Positions 40,082 to 52,408 of a DNA stretch of 64,000 bases are shown in pieces. A model generated the notes under the pieces. It saw only the letters and a program-made list of their open reading frames with translations, was not told where the DNA came from and did not search any database. Made by a program: the position numbers and the translations under genes. The stretch's first letter is position 1; the number at the start of each line of letters is the position of its first letter. The stretch is taken from the NCBI RefSeq assembly GCF_988243305.1, contig NZ_OZ547136.1. One strand, 5' to 3'.

Positions 40082-41287
40082 ATGGCCTTTTCTCAAGCGG
40101 TTAGCGGATTAAACGCTGCCGCCACCAACCTCGATGTTATTGGCAACAATATCGCCAACTCCGCCACCTACGGCTTTAAATCAGGCACGGCCTCTTTTGC
40201 CGATATGTTTGCCGGTTCGAAAGTGGGACTGGGGGTAAAAGTTGCCGGTATCACCCAGGACTTTACCGATGGCACGACTACCAACACCGGGCGAGGTCTG
40301 GACGTTGCTATCAGCCAGAACGGTTTTTTCCGTCTGGTAGACAGCAACGGTTCGGTGTTCTACAGCCGTAACGGACAATTTAAGCTGGATGAAAACCGTA
40401 ACCTGGTGAATATGCAAGGTTTACAGCTGACGGGTTACCCGGCAACCGGTACGCCGCCGACTATTCAGCAAGGGGCGAATCCGACCAATATTTCGATTCC
40501 GAATACCCTGATGGCAGCGAAAACTACCACCACGGCGTCGATGCAGATCAACCTGAATTCCAGTGATCCGCTTCCCTCTGTTAACGCATTTGATGCCAGC
40601 AATGCGGATAGCTATAACAAAAAAGGTTCGGTGACTGTTTTCGATAGTCAGGGTAATGCTCATGACATGAGCGTCTACTTTGTGAAGACCGGGGATAATA
40701 ACTGGCAGGTCTACACCCAGGATAGTAGTGATCCAAACAGCATTGCGAAGACAGCGACAACACTGGTGTTTAATGCCAATGGCGTTCTGACCTCAGATCC
40801 AACAGCGAATATTTCCACTGGCGCAATTAACGGCGCAGATCCCGCCACGTTTAGCCTGAGTTTCCTCAACTCCATGCAGCAAAATACCGGTGCTAACAAC
40901 ATTGTGGCAACCACCCAGAACGGCTACAAACCGGGCGATCTGGTGAGTTATCAAATCAATGATGACGGTACGGTTGTCGGCAACTATTCCAACGAACAAA
41001 CCCAACTGCTGGGGCAGATTGTACTGGCGAACTTTGCCAACAACGAAGGTCTGGCATCCGAAGGCGACAACGTCTGGTCCGCTACGCAATCTTCTGGCGT
41101 GGCGCTGTTAGGGACAGCCGGGACGGGCAACTTTGGCACCCTGACCAACGGTGCGCTGGAAGCGTCCAACGTCGATCTCAGTAAAGAACTGGTCAATATG
41201 ATCGTTGCTCAGCGTAACTATCAGTCTAACGCCCAGACCATCAAAACCCAGGACCAGATCCTCAACACGCTGGTTAACTTACGCTAA
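40082..41287 (+). CDS. flgE: Flagellar hook protein FlgE
   Basis: 401-aa ORF. Confidence 0.95.
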   Translation: MAFSQAVSGLNAAATNLDVIGNNIANSATYGFKSGTASFADMFAGSKVGLGVKVAGITQDFTDGTTTNTGRGLDVAISQNGFFRLVDSNGSVFYSRNGQFKLDENRNLVNMQGLQLTGYPATGTPPTIQQGANPTNISIPNTLMAAKTTTTASMQINLNSSDPLPSVNAFDASNADSYNKKGSVTVFDSQGNAHDMSVYFVKTGDNNWQVYTQDSSDPNSIAKTATTLVFNANGVLTSDPTANISTGAINGADPATFSLSFLNSMQQNTGANNIVATTQNGYKPGDLVSYQINDDGTVVGNYSNEQTQLLGQIVLANFANNEGLASEGDNVWSATQSSGVALLGTAGTGNFGTLTNGALEASNVDLSKELVNMIVAQRNYQSNAQTIKTQDQILNTLVNLR

Positions 41288-41306
41288 TCGCTGACGGGAT
41301 AGCTCA

Positions 41307-42062
41307 ATGGATCACGCAATTTATACCGCGATGGGAGCAGCCAGCCAGACGTTGAATCAACAGGCGGTAACCGCCAGTAATCTGGCCAATGCCTCTACGC
41401 CCGGTTTTCGCGCGCAGTTAAACGCCTTGCGCGCAGTGCCGGTGGAAGGGCTTTCACTGCCCACGCGCACGCTGGTAACGGCGTCAACGCCGGGTGCAGA
41501 CATGACGCCCGGCAAGATGGATTACACCTCGCGCCCGCTGGACGTTGCGTTGCAGCAGGATGGCTGGCTGGCCGTGCAGACCGCTGACGGCAGCGAAGGG
41601 TATACGCGTAATGGCAGCATTCAGGTTGATCCCACCGGGCAACTGACAATTCAGGGACATCCGGTGATAGGCGAGGCTGGGCCAATTGCTGTGCCGGAAG
41701 GGGCGGAAATCACTATTGCTGCCGATGGCACAATCTCGGTGCTCAATCCGGGCGATCCGGCAAATACGGTTGCGCCAGTGGGGCGTCTGAAGCTGGTGAA
41801 AGCCACGGGCAGCGAAGTGCAGCGCGGTGACGACGGCATTTTTCGTTTAAGCGCGGAAAGCCAGGCCACGCGTGGGCCGGTACTGCAGGCAGATCCAACC
41901 TTGCGTGTGATGTCTGGAGTTCTGGAAGGCAGTAACGTCAATGCCGTTGCGGCAATGAGCGACATGATTGCCAGCGCGCGGCGTTTTGAAATGCAGATGA
42001 AGGTGATCAGCAGCGTCGATGATAACGCAGGCCGTGCCAACCAACTGCTGTCGATGAGTTAA
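41307..42062 (+). CDS. flgF: Flagellar rod protein FlgF
   Basis: 251-aa ORF. Confidence 0.95.
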   Translation: MDHAIYTAMGAASQTLNQQAVTASNLANASTPGFRAQLNALRAVPVEGLSLPTRTLVTASTPGADMTPGKMDYTSRPLDVALQQDGWLAVQTADGSEGYTRNGSIQVDPTGQLTIQGHPVIGEAGPIAVPEGAEITIAADGTISVLNPGDPANTVAPVGRLKLVKATGSEVQRGDDGIFRLSAESQATRGPVLQADPTLRVMSGVLEGSNVNAVAAMSDMIASARRFEMQMKVISSVDDNAGRANQLLSMS

Positions 42063-42180
42063 TTAAACGATTGATGACATTGCAATAAAAGCGCGCGGAC
42101 TATTCTCTCGCCCATTTTGGGAGAGGTTAGGGTGAGGGGAAATGCGCACCGCCGCGTGCTTCTGCTCTGCTTGTCACTAA

Positions 42181-42981
<801 letters not shown>

Positions 42982-43033
42982 GGCATAACCGGTGGCAGAT
43001 TCACCGGTTTACTGATTTTTGAAGATGATAGCC

Positions 43034-43732
43034 ATGCAAAAAAACGCTGCGCATACTTATGCCATTTCCAGCTTGTTGGTGCTTTCACTAACCGGCTGCG
43101 CCTGGATACCCTCCACGCCGCTGGTACAGGGGGCGACCAGTGCACAACCGGTTCCCGGTCCGACGCCCGTCGCCAACGGTTCTATTTTCCAGTCTGCTCA
43201 GCCGATTAACTATGGCTATCAACCGCTGTTTGAAGATCGTCGACCACGCAATATTGGCGATACGCTGACCATCGTGTTGCAGGAGAACGTCAGCGCCAGC
43301 AAAAGCTCCTCTGCGAATGCCAGCCGTGACGGTAAATCTAATTTTGGCTTTGATACTGTGCCGCGCTATTTGCAGGGGCTGTTTGGTAACGCTCGTGCCG
43401 ATGTCGAAGCCTCCGGTGGTAACACGTTCAACGGAAAAGGCGGGGCCAATGCCAGCAATACCTTTAGCGGCACGTTGACGGTGACGGTTGACCAGGTACT
43501 GGTTAACGGCAACCTGCATGTGGTGGGTGAAAAACAGATTGCCATTAATCAGGGTACCGAATTTATTCGCTTCTCTGGTGTAGTTAATCCACGCACTATC
43601 AGCGGCAGCAATACCGTACCGTCTACTCAGGTGGCGGATGCGCGCATTGAATACGTAGGCAATGGCTACATTAACGAAGCGCAAAATATGGGCTGGTTGC
43701 AGCGTTTCTTCCTCAACCTGTCACCAATGTAA
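43034..43732 (+). CDS. flgH: Flagellar L-ring lipoprotein FlgH
   Basis: 232 aa from [22 protein letters not shown] (lipobox). Confidence 0.93.
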
Positions 43733-43743
43733 GTGAGGCTGTG

Positions 43744-44841
43744 GTGATTAAATTTCTCTCTGCATTAATTCTTTTACTGGTTACCACGGCGGCTCAGGCT
43801 GAGCGTATTCGCGATCTCACCAGTGTTCAGGGGGTAAGGCAAAACTCACTGATTGGCTATGGCCTGGTGGTGGGGCTGGATGGAACTGGTGACCAGACAA
43901 CCCAGACGCCGTTTACCACACAAACGCTTAATAACATGCTCTCACAGCTGGGAATTACCGTTCCGACGGGCACCAATATGCAGCTAAAAAACGTCGCTGC
44001 GGTAATGGTGACGGCGTCACTTCCGCCGTTTGGACGCCAGGGGCAAACCATCGATGTGGTGGTATCTTCCATGGGTAATGCCAAAAGCTTGCGTGGCGGT
44101 ACGTTGTTGATGACACCGCTTAAGGGCGTTGACAGTCAGGTGTATGCGCTGGCGCAGGGCAATATTCTGGTTGGCGGCGCAGGAGCCTCCGCTGGCGGTA
44201 GCAGTGTTCAGGTGAACCAACTGAACGGTGGACGGATCACCAATGGTGCGGTTATTGAACGTGAATTGCCCAGCCAGTTTGGCGTCGGGAATACCCTTAA
44301 TTTGCAACTTAACGACGAAGATTTCAGCATGGCGCAGCAAATCGCTGACACCATCAACCGCGTGCGTGGATATGGCAGCGCCACCGCGTTAGATGCGCGG
44401 ACTATTCAGGTGCGCGTACCAAGTGGCAACAGTTCCCAGGTCCGTTTCCTTGCCGATATCCAGAATATGCAGGTTAATGTTACCCCGCAGGACGCTAAAG
44501 TAGTGATTAACTCGCGCACCGGTTCGGTGGTGATGAATCGCGAAGTGACCCTCGACAGCTGCGCGGTAGCGCAGGGAAATCTTTCAGTAACAGTTAATCG
44601 CCAGGCCAATGTCAGCCAGCCAGATACACCGTTTGGTGGTGGGCAGACTGTGGTTACTCCACAAACGCAGATCGATTTACGCCAGAGCGGCGGTTCGCTG
44701 CAAAGCGTACGTTCCAGCGCCAGCCTCAATAACGTGGTGCGTGCGCTCAATGCGCTGGGCGCTACGCCGATGGATCTGATGTCCATACTGCAATCAATGC
44801 AAAGTGCGGGATGTCTGCGGGCAAAACTGGAAATCATCTGA
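43744..44841 (+). CDS. flgI: Flagellar P-ring protein FlgI
   Basis: 365 aa; GTG start. Confidence 0.93.
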
Positions 44842-45782
44842 TGATCAGCGACAGCAAACTACTGGCAAGTGCGGCCTGGGATGCACAATCGCTCAACGAA
44901 CTTAAGGCGAAAGCGGGCGAAGATCCGGCGGCAAATATCCGTCCGGTGGCCCGCCAGGTGGAAGGGATGTTCGTGCAGATGATGTTGAAAAGCATGCGCG
45001 ACGCTTTACCAAAAGATGGCCTGTTCAGCAGCGAGCACACTCGCCTGTATACCAGTATGTATGACCAGCAGATTGCTCAACAGATGACGGCGGGCAAAGG
45101 TCTGGGGCTGGCAGAGATGATGGTTAAACAGATGACGCCAGAACAACCATTGCCAGAGGAGTCCACGCCAGCAGCACCGATGAAATTCCCGCTCGAAACC
45201 GTGGTGCGTTATCAAAATCAGACGCTTTCGCAGCTGGTGCAAAAGGCCGTACCACGTAACTACGATGATTCGCTGCCGGGTGACAGTAAAGCATTCCTCG
45301 CGCAACTCTCGCTGCCAGCCCAACTGGCAAGCCAGCAAAGTGGTGTGCCACATCATTTGATCCTCGCTCAGGCGGCGCTGGAATCTGGCTGGGGACAACG
45401 GCAAATCCGCCGTGAAAACGGCGAGCCGAGCTATAACCTGTTTGGCGTCAAAGCCTCTGGCAACTGGAAAGGGCCAGTCACTGAAATCACCACGACTGAA
45501 TATGAAAATGGCGAAGCGAAGAAAGTAAAAGCGAAGTTTCGGGTCTACAGCTCGTATCTGGAAGCATTGTCGGATTACGTTGGGCTGTTAACGCGTAACC
45601 CGCGCTACGCCGCCGTGACGACCGCCGCGAGTGCGGAGCAGGGGGCGCAGGCCCTACAGGACGCGGGCTATGCCACCGATCCTCACTATGCCCGCAAACT
45701 CACCAACATGATTCAGCAGATGAAATCGATAAGCGACAAGGTGAGCAAAACCTACAGCATGAACATTGATAATCTGTTCTGA
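44841..45782 (+). CDS. flgJ: Flagellar rod assembly protein / peptidoglycan hydrolase FlgJ
   Basis: 313 aa; ATG overlaps flgI stop by 1 nt. Confidence 0.93.
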   Translation: MISDSKLLASAAWDAQSLNELKAKAGEDPAANIRPVARQVEGMFVQMMLKSMRDALPKDGLFSSEHTRLYTSMYDQQIAQQMTAGKGLGLAEMMVKQMTPEQPLPEESTPAAPMKFPLETVVRYQNQTLSQLVQKAVPRNYDDSLPGDSKAFLAQLSLPAQLASQQSGVPHHLILAQAALESGWGQRQIRRENGEPSYNLFGVKASGNWKGPVTEITTTEYENGEAKKVKAKFRVYSSYLEALSDYVGLLTRNPRYAAVTTAASAEQGAQALQDAGYATDPHYARKLTNMIQQMKSISDKVSKTYSMNIDNLF

Positions 45783-45787
45783 ATAAC

Positions 45788-45814
45788 TCAAGTCCGGCGG
45801 GTCGCTGCCGATAA
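45788..45814 (+). promoter_or_regulatory. Sigma-28 class 3 promoter for flgKL
   Basis: TCAAGTCC-N11-GCCGATAA about 35 nt upstream of flgK start; perfect -10 element, weaker -35. Confidence 0.65.
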
Positions 45815-45847
45815 TACTCTGTAATTGAAGGCTTATAAGGAACCTCC

Positions 45848-47491
45848 ATGTCCAGCTTGATCAATAACGCCATGAGCGGACTGAACGCGGCCCAGGCGGC
45901 GTTAAATACGGCAAGTAATAATATCTCCAGCTATAACGTTGCCGGATATACCCGCCAAACCACTATTATGACGCAGGCCAATAGCACGTTGGGCGCTGGC
46001 GGCTGGGTTGGCAATGGCGTCTACGTTTCTGGTGTGCAGCGTGAGTATGATGCGTTTATTACCAACCAGTTACGTGCGGCGCAGACGCAAAGTAGCGGCC
46101 TGACTGCCCGCTATGAGCAGATGTCGAAAATCGACAATATGCTCTCCACCAGTACCTCTTCGCTGGCAATACAGATGCAGGATTTCTTCACCAGCCTGCA
46201 AACGCTGGTGAGTAACGCGGAAGACCCGGCAGCGCGCCAGGCGCTGATTGGGAAATCAGAAGGGTTGGTGAATCAGTTTAAAACCACCGATCAATATCTG
46301 CGCGACCAGGACAAACAGGTCAATATCGCGATAGGTGCCAGCGTTGATCAGATCAACAATTACGCTAAACAAATCGCCAGCCTGAACGATCAAATCTCCC
46401 GCCTGACAGGCGTGGGGGCAGGGGCGTCACCTAACAATCTGCTGGATCAACGCGATCAACTGGTGAGCGAATTAAACCAGATTGTTGGCGTAGAAGTCAG
46501 CGTTCAGGATGGTGGCACTTATAATATCACGATGGCCAATGGCTACTCACTGGTTCAGGGAAGTACGGCGCGGCAACTTGCGGCAGTTCCTTCCAGCGCC
46601 GACCCTTCTCGTACGACTGTCGCTTATGTTGATGGGACGGCAGGCAATATTGAGATCCCGGAGAAATTACTGAATTCCGGGTCACTGGGCGGCATTCTGA
46701 CATTCCGTTCTCAGGATCTTGACCAGACGCGTAATACGCTTGGACAACTGGCGCTGGCATTTGCCGAGGCTTTCAACACCCAACACAAAGCCGGATTTGA
46801 TGCTAACGGCGATGCTGGTGAAGATTTCTTTGCTATCGGTAAGCCCGCGGTTCTGCAAAACACGAAAAACAAAGGTGACGTTGCGATCGGTGCAACGGTA
46901 ACTGATGCCTCCGCGGTACTGGCGACAGATTACAAAATCTCGTTCGATAATAATCAGTGGCAGGTCACCCGCCTTGCCAGTAATACCACTTTTACGGTGA
47001 CGCCGGATGCCAACGGTAAAGTGGCATTTGATGGTCTGGAGTTGACGTTAACAGGAACGCCTGCCGTTAACGACAGCTTCACACTGAAACCGGTAAGTGA
47101 CGCCATCGTCAACATGGATGTATTAATCACCGACGAAGCGAAAATCGCCATGGCGAGCGCAGAAGATGCGGGTGATAGCGACAACCGCAACGGTCAGGCC
47201 CTGCTCGATCTGCAAAGCAACAGTAAAACGGTGGGCGGTGCGAAATCCTTTAACGACGCTTATGCCTCGTTAGTGAGTGATATCGGTAATAAAACCGCGA
47301 CGTTGAAAACCAGTAGCACCACGCAAGGTAATGTGGTGACGCAGCTTTCCAATCAGCAGCAGTCGATTTCCGGTGTCAATCTCGATGAGGAGTACGGAAA
47401 TCTGCAACGTTTTCAGCAGTATTACCTCGCGAATGCGCAGGTTCTGCAGACGGCAAACGCGATTTTTGATGCGCTGATTAACATTCGCTAA
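45848..47491 (+). CDS. flgK: Flagellar hook-associated protein 1 FlgK
   Basis: 547-aa ORF. Confidence 0.95.
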   Translation: MSSLINNAMSGLNAAQAALNTASNNISSYNVAGYTRQTTIMTQANSTLGAGGWVGNGVYVSGVQREYDAFITNQLRAAQTQSSGLTARYEQMSKIDNMLSTSTSSLAIQMQDFFTSLQTLVSNAEDPAARQALIGKSEGLVNQFKTTDQYLRDQDKQVNIAIGASVDQINNYAKQIASLNDQISRLTGVGAGASPNNLLDQRDQLVSELNQIVGVEVSVQDGGTYNITMANGYSLVQGSTARQLAAVPSSADPSRTTVAYVDGTAGNIEIPEKLLNSGSLGGILTFRSQDLDQTRNTLGQLALAFAEAFNTQHKAGFDANGDAGEDFFAIGKPAVLQNTKNKGDVAIGATVTDASAVLATDYKISFDNNQWQVTRLASNTTFTVTPDANGKVAFDGLELTLTGTPAVNDSFTLKPVSDAIVNMDVLITDEAKIAMASAEDAGDSDNRNGQALLDLQSNSKTVGGAKSFNDAYASLVSDIGNKTATLKTSSTTQGNVVTQLSNQQQSISGVNLDEEYGNLQRFQQYYLANAQVLQTANAIFDALINIR

Positions 47492-47502
47492 GGGGAGATA
47501 AA

Positions 47503-48456
47503 ATGCGTTTCAGTACCCAGATGATGTACCAGCAAAACATGCGCGGCATCACCAATTCTCAGGCAGAATGGATGAAGTACGGCGAACAGATGTCGACGGG
47601 TAAGCGAGTCGTTAACCCTTCAGATGATCCCATTGCTGCATCACAAGCTGTTGTTCTCTCCCAGGCACAGGCGCAAAACAGCCAGTACACGCTGGCGCGT
47701 ACTTTCGCCACTCAAAAAGTGTCACTGGAAGAGAGTGTACTTAGCCAGGTCACCACCGCTATCCAGAATGCTCAGGAAAAAATTGTCTACGCCAGCAATG
47801 GCACCTTGAGTGACGATGACCGGGCCTCGCTGGCTACGGATATTCAGGGGCTTCGTGACCAGTTGCTGAATCTGGCGAACACCACTGATGGTAACGGGCG
47901 CTACATTTTTGCCGGTTATAAAACAGAAACTGCGCCGTTTAGTGAGGCAGACGGCGAATATGTTGGCGGAGCAGAAAGTATTAAACAACAGGTCGATGCT
48001 TCGCGTTCGATGGTGATAGGGCACACGGGTGACAAAATTTTCGACAGTATTACCAGCAACGCGGTAGCGGAACCAGACGGTAGCGCTTCTGAAACCAATC
48101 TTTTTGCCATGCTGGATAGCGCCATCGCAGCCCTGAAAACGCCGGTCGCGGATAGCGAAGCGGATAAAGAAACCGCCGCTGCGGCACTGGATAAAACCAA
48201 CCGCGGACTGAAAAACTCGCTGAACAATGTGCTGACTGTTCGCGCGGAATTAGGCACGCAGCTGAACGAACTGGAGTCGCTGGATTCATTAGGTAGCGAT
48301 CGCGCTTTAGGGCAAACGCAGCAGATGAGCGATCTGGTTGATGTGGACTGGAATGCAACTATTTCATCTTACATCATGCAGCAAACGGCATTGCAGGCAT
48401 CGTATAAAGCATTTACCGATATGCAGGGATTGTCGCTCTTCCAGCTCAACAAATAA
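47503..48456 (+). CDS. flgL: Flagellar hook-associated protein 3 FlgL
   Basis: 317-aa ORF. Confidence 0.95.
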   Translation: MRFSTQMMYQQNMRGITNSQAEWMKYGEQMSTGKRVVNPSDDPIAASQAVVLSQAQAQNSQYTLARTFATQKVSLEESVLSQVTTAIQNAQEKIVYASNGTLSDDDRASLATDIQGLRDQLLNLANTTDGNGRYIFAGYKTETAPFSEADGEYVGGAESIKQQVDASRSMVIGHTGDKIFDSITSNAVAEPDGSASETNLFAMLDSAIAALKTPVADSEADKETAAAALDKTNRGLKNSLNNVLTVRAELGTQLNELESLDSLGSDRALGQTQQMSDLVDVDWNATISSYIMQQTALQASYKAFTDMQGLSLFQLNK

Positions 48457-48496
48457 TTTCGCTTTAAAACATATCATGAAACTGGGTATGTTTTGT

Positions 48497-48533
48497 CTGC
48501 CCGCTCTGGGATCGCCGGGGCGGGCATTTTTTT
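48497..48533 (+). terminator. Rho-independent terminator after flgL
   Basis: GC-rich hairpin GCCCGC...GCGGGC followed by T7. Confidence 0.7.
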
Positions 48534-48602
48534 GCCTATTTTGTATTGTTGGTTAGCAAGGATGCCATTCGATGAATTTTAATATGTTGATTCAAAGATG
48601 AA

Positions 48603-48630
48603 ATAAAAAAGCCCTGGCAGTTACCAGGGC
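48603..48630 (-). terminator. Rho-independent terminator after rne
   Basis: Hairpin GCCCTGGCAGTTACCAGGGC followed on the minus strand by a T-tract. Confidence 0.75.
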
Positions 48631-48650
48631 TTGATTGCTTTAGCTAATTA

Positions 48651-51600
48651 TTACTCAACAGGTTGCGGACGCGCAGGAGCGGCAGAGGCATGATGCGTTG
48701 CCGTATGACCACCTGCGGCACCTTTGCCTTCGAAAGCAAAAGTAGGGCGCTGCCAGTCACTGTGACGCGGTGCCTCCGGAACATATTCCGGTGCCGGAGC
48801 GCGTGTCATTGGCGCGGTAGCGTGGTTATGCTCAACGGTGACCTCAGGTTTAACCGCGGCTACCGTTTCAACTTCTGCTGCGACTTCAGCGACGACTGGC
48901 GCGGCAGGTTGAGCAACAACTTCAGGTTCAGCAACCACAACCTCAGCAGTTTCGGCAACTTCTTCAATATCAGCCGTCTCTTCCTGCGGTTCAACCACCG
49001 GTTCTGCGTGTTCTGCAACTTCCTGGGCTACGGCAACATCAGACTCGGTAATCACCTGCGGCTGTTCAGTTACCGCGGCGGCAATCACTTCAGGATGCGT
49101 AGTTTCAACCACTTCAGGTTGCGGTTCGGCAACCTGAACGGGGGCTTCTACAACTTCAGCCACTTCTTCAACAACCGGTGCGCTAACAACAGGTTCGACA
49201 GCGGCGGCGACAGGGACCTCAGTCACCATCGGCTGCACTTGTACTTCTTCCTGTTCGCGCTGCTCTTCGACCTGTACATCTTGCGGACGTACAATTGGAT
49301 AGCGGATCCAGACTTTGCCAGAGGCCAGTTCCGGAGATGCGCACGCTACGGTCAAAGGCATTGGCGATTGGGTTGGATAACGCTCGTCACGATAGCGACG
49401 ACGACGCTGACCACTCACGCGCAGGTGACGAGGCGAGCGGCGAGAACGACGCGGCATGCCACCGTTGTCACGGTTATCGGCATTGTTCTCTTCTTGCTGT
49501 TCTGGTGCAGCTTGCGCTACGACTGGCAGCGGGACTTTCACCAGTTCTGTGCGTGGAGCTGGCGCTTCCTGAACAATTGGTTCGGCAGCGACAGTTTCTT
49601 CAACCACCGGTGCGACTACCGCCTCTTCGGCTACGCTTTGCTCGTAACGCACTTTCTGATTGAGCTGACGCTGTTTACGACGCGGCTGAACCGGACGTAC
49701 ACGTTCTTCCTGTTCAGTTTCCTGAACAGATTGCTCTTCAACATTCAGCGCCTTCGCTTCTTGTTGCGCCTGACGTTTATCATCGTTACGGCGGCGGCTA
49801 CGTTCACGACGCGGCGCTTGCTGCTCGTCGGTGGTACGTGCTTTTTCCGTTACCTCAGCCTGCTGACGGCTCTCACGCGTCTCGGCAGTCTGCTGCTGTG
49901 CCTGGCGACGATTACGACGGTTTTCTTCGCGATTATCGCTGCCTTCAGTACGTTCACTACGGGTGTCGCGGCGCTCATTACGGTCACGGCGGTTGTTCTG
50001 ACGAGGCTTGCGACGATCCTGTTGACGTTCCGGTTTCGCTTCTGCTTTCGGTGCTGGTTGCTCGGCCGGTTTGGTTTCTTCACCACCGATGAACAGCGCT
50101 TTCAGTGCGCCGAAGAAGCGGCTCAACAACCCTGGTTGTGCAGGAGATGCTGGTGTTGCCGTTGCAGCTTTAGGTGCTGGGGCTACAACAGGCGCGGCAG
50201 GTTCAGCTGGGGTTGGAGCTGGCGGCACATCCGGCATGGCAAAGGTTGCCAGCGCAGGTTGTTCAGGACGCTTACGTTCAGCGAACTCTTCTTCAGACGG
50301 CAGCGCCATCGCTTCTTCATGCAGCTTCGGCAGCATGTAGCTTAAGGTTGGAGTTTCTTCCCCTTTACGCACGCGCAGCACATGGTAGTGCGGGGTTTCC
50401 ATCTGATCGTTTGGCACAATCACACAGCGCACGCCGTCCTGACGAGTTTCAATCGCATTCACTGCAGAACGTTTTTCATTCAGCAGGTAAGACGCGATTG
50501 GCACAGGAACAATGGCGTGAACTTCCTGAGTGTTCTCTTTCAGCGCTTCTTCTTCGATCAGACGCAGAATAGAGAGCGACAACGATTCGTTGTCACGCAC
50601 GGTACCGGTACCGGAGCAGCGCGGGCAGACGTGATGGCTGGATTCACCCAGTGATGGGCTCAGACGCTGACGGGACATTTCCAGCAGGCCAAAGCGAGAA
50701 ATATGGCTGATTTGAATACGCGCCCGGTCCTGACGCACCGCTTCACGCAGACGGTTTTCTACCGCACGCTGGTGGCGTACTGGCGTCATGTCGATGAAGT
50801 CGATAACAATCAGGCCGCCGAGGTCACGCAGGCGCAGCTGACGAGCAATCTCATCGGCAGCTTCGAGGTTGGTGTTAAACGCGGTTTCTTCGATATCGCC
50901 GCCGCGGGTCGCGCGTGCGGAGTTGATGTCGATGGCGGTTAACGCTTCGGTGCTGTCGATAACAATGGAACCACCGGATGGCAGACGAACTTCACGCTGG
51001 AAGGCGGACTCAATCTGTGACTCGATCTGGTAGTGGCTGAACAGCGGGATCTCGCCGGTGTACAGTTTGATTTTGCTGCTGAAATCCGGGCGACCTAATG
51101 CAGCGATATGCTGGCGTGCCAGTTCGAGCACTTTCGGGTTATCGATAAGGATTTCGCCGATGTCCTGACGTAAGTAATCGCGGAATGCGCGAACGATTAC
51201 GTTGCTCTCCTGATGAATCAGGAACGGAGCTGGGCGGCTTTCAGCGGCTTTTTTGATGGCTTCCCAGTGTTTCAGACGGAAGCTTAAATCCCATTGCAGC
51301 GCCTCAGCAGATTTGCCGACGCCAGCGGTGCGCACGATAAGCCCCATGCCTTCCGGCAGTTCAAGGCTCGCCAGTGCTTCTTTTAATTCGGTACGGTCGT
51401 CGCCTTCGATACGACGAGAAATGCCACCCGCGCGCGGGTTGTTCGGCATCAGAACCAGATAGCTACCCGCCAGACTGATAAAGGTGGTTAATGCCGCGCC
51501 TTTGTTGCCGCGCTCTTCTTTATCGATCTGAACAATGACTTCCTGACCTTCACGCAACACATCTTTAATGTTGGGACGACCATGAGCACTGTAGTTAGCA

Positions 51601-51836
51601 GGGAAATATTCGCGGGCAATTTCTTTTAGTGGGAGGAAACCGTGACGTTCAGCGCCGTAATCAACAAAAGCAGCTTCCAGACTCGGTTCAATGCGGGTGA
51701 TTTTACCTTTGTAGATGTTTGCCTTTTTCTGCTCGTGCCCTGGACTTTCGATATCCAGGTCATACAGACGCTGCCCATCTACAAGGGCAACGCGCAACTC
51801 TTCCTGCTGAGTTGCGTTGATTAACATTCTTTTCAT
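48651..51836 (-). CDS. rne: Ribonuclease E
   Basis: 1061 aa; [32 protein letters not shown]-terminus; Arg/Pro/Glu/Ala-rich low-complexity C-terminal half. Confidence 0.96.
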   Translation of the reverse strand: MKRMLINATQQEELRVALVDGQRLYDLDIESPGHEQKKANIYKGKITRIEPSLEAAFVDYGAERHGFLPLKEIAREYFPANYSAHGRPNIKDVLREGQEVIVQIDKEERGNKGAALTTFISLAGSYLVLMPNNPRAGGISRRIEGDDRTELKEALASLELPEGMGLIVRTAGVGKSAEALQWDLSFRLKHWEAIKKAAESRPAPFLIHQESNVIVRAFRDYLRQDIGEILIDNPKVLELARQHIAALGRPDFSSKIKLYTGEIPLFSHYQIESQIESAFQREVRLPSGGSIVIDSTEALTAIDINSARATRGGDIEETAFNTNLEAADEIARQLRLRDLGGLIVIDFIDMTPVRHQRAVENRLREAVRQDRARIQISHISRFGLLEMSRQRLSPSLGESSHHVCPRCSGTGTVRDNESLSLSILRLIEEEALKENTQEVHAIVPVPIASYLLNEKRSAVNAIETRQDGVRCVIVPNDQMETPHYHVLRVRKGEETPTLSYMLPKLHEEAMALPSEEEFAERKRPEQPALATFAMPDVPPAPTPAEPAAPVVAPAPKAATATPASPAQPGLLSRFFGALKALFIGGEETKPAEQPAPKAEAKPERQQDRRKPRQNNRRDRNERRDTRSERTEGSDNREENRRNRRQAQQQTAETRESRQQAEVTEKARTTDEQQAPRRERSRRRNDDKRQAQQEAKALNVEEQSVQETEQEERVRPVQPRRKQRQLNQKVRYEQSVAEEAVVAPVVEETVAAEPIVQEAPAPRTELVKVPLPVVAQAAPEQQEENNADNRDNGGMPRRSRRSPRHLRVSGQRRRRYRDERYPTQSPMPLTVACASPELASGKVWIRYPIVRPQDVQVEEQREQEEVQVQPMVTEVPVAAAVEPVVSAPVVEEVAEVVEAPVQVAEPQPEVVETTHPEVIAAAVTEQPQVITESDVAVAQEVAEHAEPVVEPQEETADIEEVAETAEVVVAEPEVVAQPAAPVVAEVAAEVETVAAVKPEVTVEHNHATAPMTRAPAPEYVPEAPRHSDWQRPTFAFEGKGAAGGHTATHHASAAPARPQPVE

Positions 51837-52197
51837 CGTAACTTACTCATTATTCTTACATTGACGACTAAGCTGCGGGCAAAGTAACGCCTTTCCGGGT
51901 GTGAACCGATGGCCTCGTGTCTAGTCGCGTCGCCAACCTCACGGTTATCGTCAGCTCAAAGAGGCGCAGAGTGTCGGTTGCCCGTTTTTCATGCGGAAAA
52001 ACAGCGCAATTATCAAAGAAACAGACTGGGTATTACTCTCCAGAAATATTTCCATCTACCGGTAAGGACTGCAACCCGCAGCCCGCTAACTGCCTGAAAG
52101 ATCAATACGTCTTACGCCATTGCTGCGTGGATGATCGGTCGGGCAAAATGGGTTATTCCGTAAAATTTCTTGTTTTAACAAGGATGGACACGGAAAC
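51837..52197 (-). promoter_or_regulatory. rne 5' untranslated leader (autoregulatory in K-12)
   Basis: Long non-coding region upstream of rne start, divergent from rluC; extent taken from K-12 knowledge and is approximate. Confidence 0.6.
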
Positions 52198-52408
52198 GGC
52201 CTCATTATTCCACTGCAAGCCTTGTTATAGCAAGATGACTTTTACCATTTATCACCCGCTTACTCACAGTTTTTTCACTTCTTGCTGGTGATTGGTTTAA
52301 TAACCATCAATAAAGTGATCACGTAGTGAAGTAATAAGGTGCAAAACTAAATATAAGCATAGAAAAATGAGTGGCGCGAATCCTGTTGGCTAATTAGAAT
52401 CGCCCACC

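Noticed and set aside
48663-50345. 560-aa ORF on the plus strand
   Set aside because: Entirely antisense to rne; low-complexity translation (runs of R, F, L, C); product of compositional bias, not a gene.
51917-52291. yceQ-like 124-aa ORF
   Set aside because: Lies in the rne leader/promoter region; not reported as a confident CDS (see finding).
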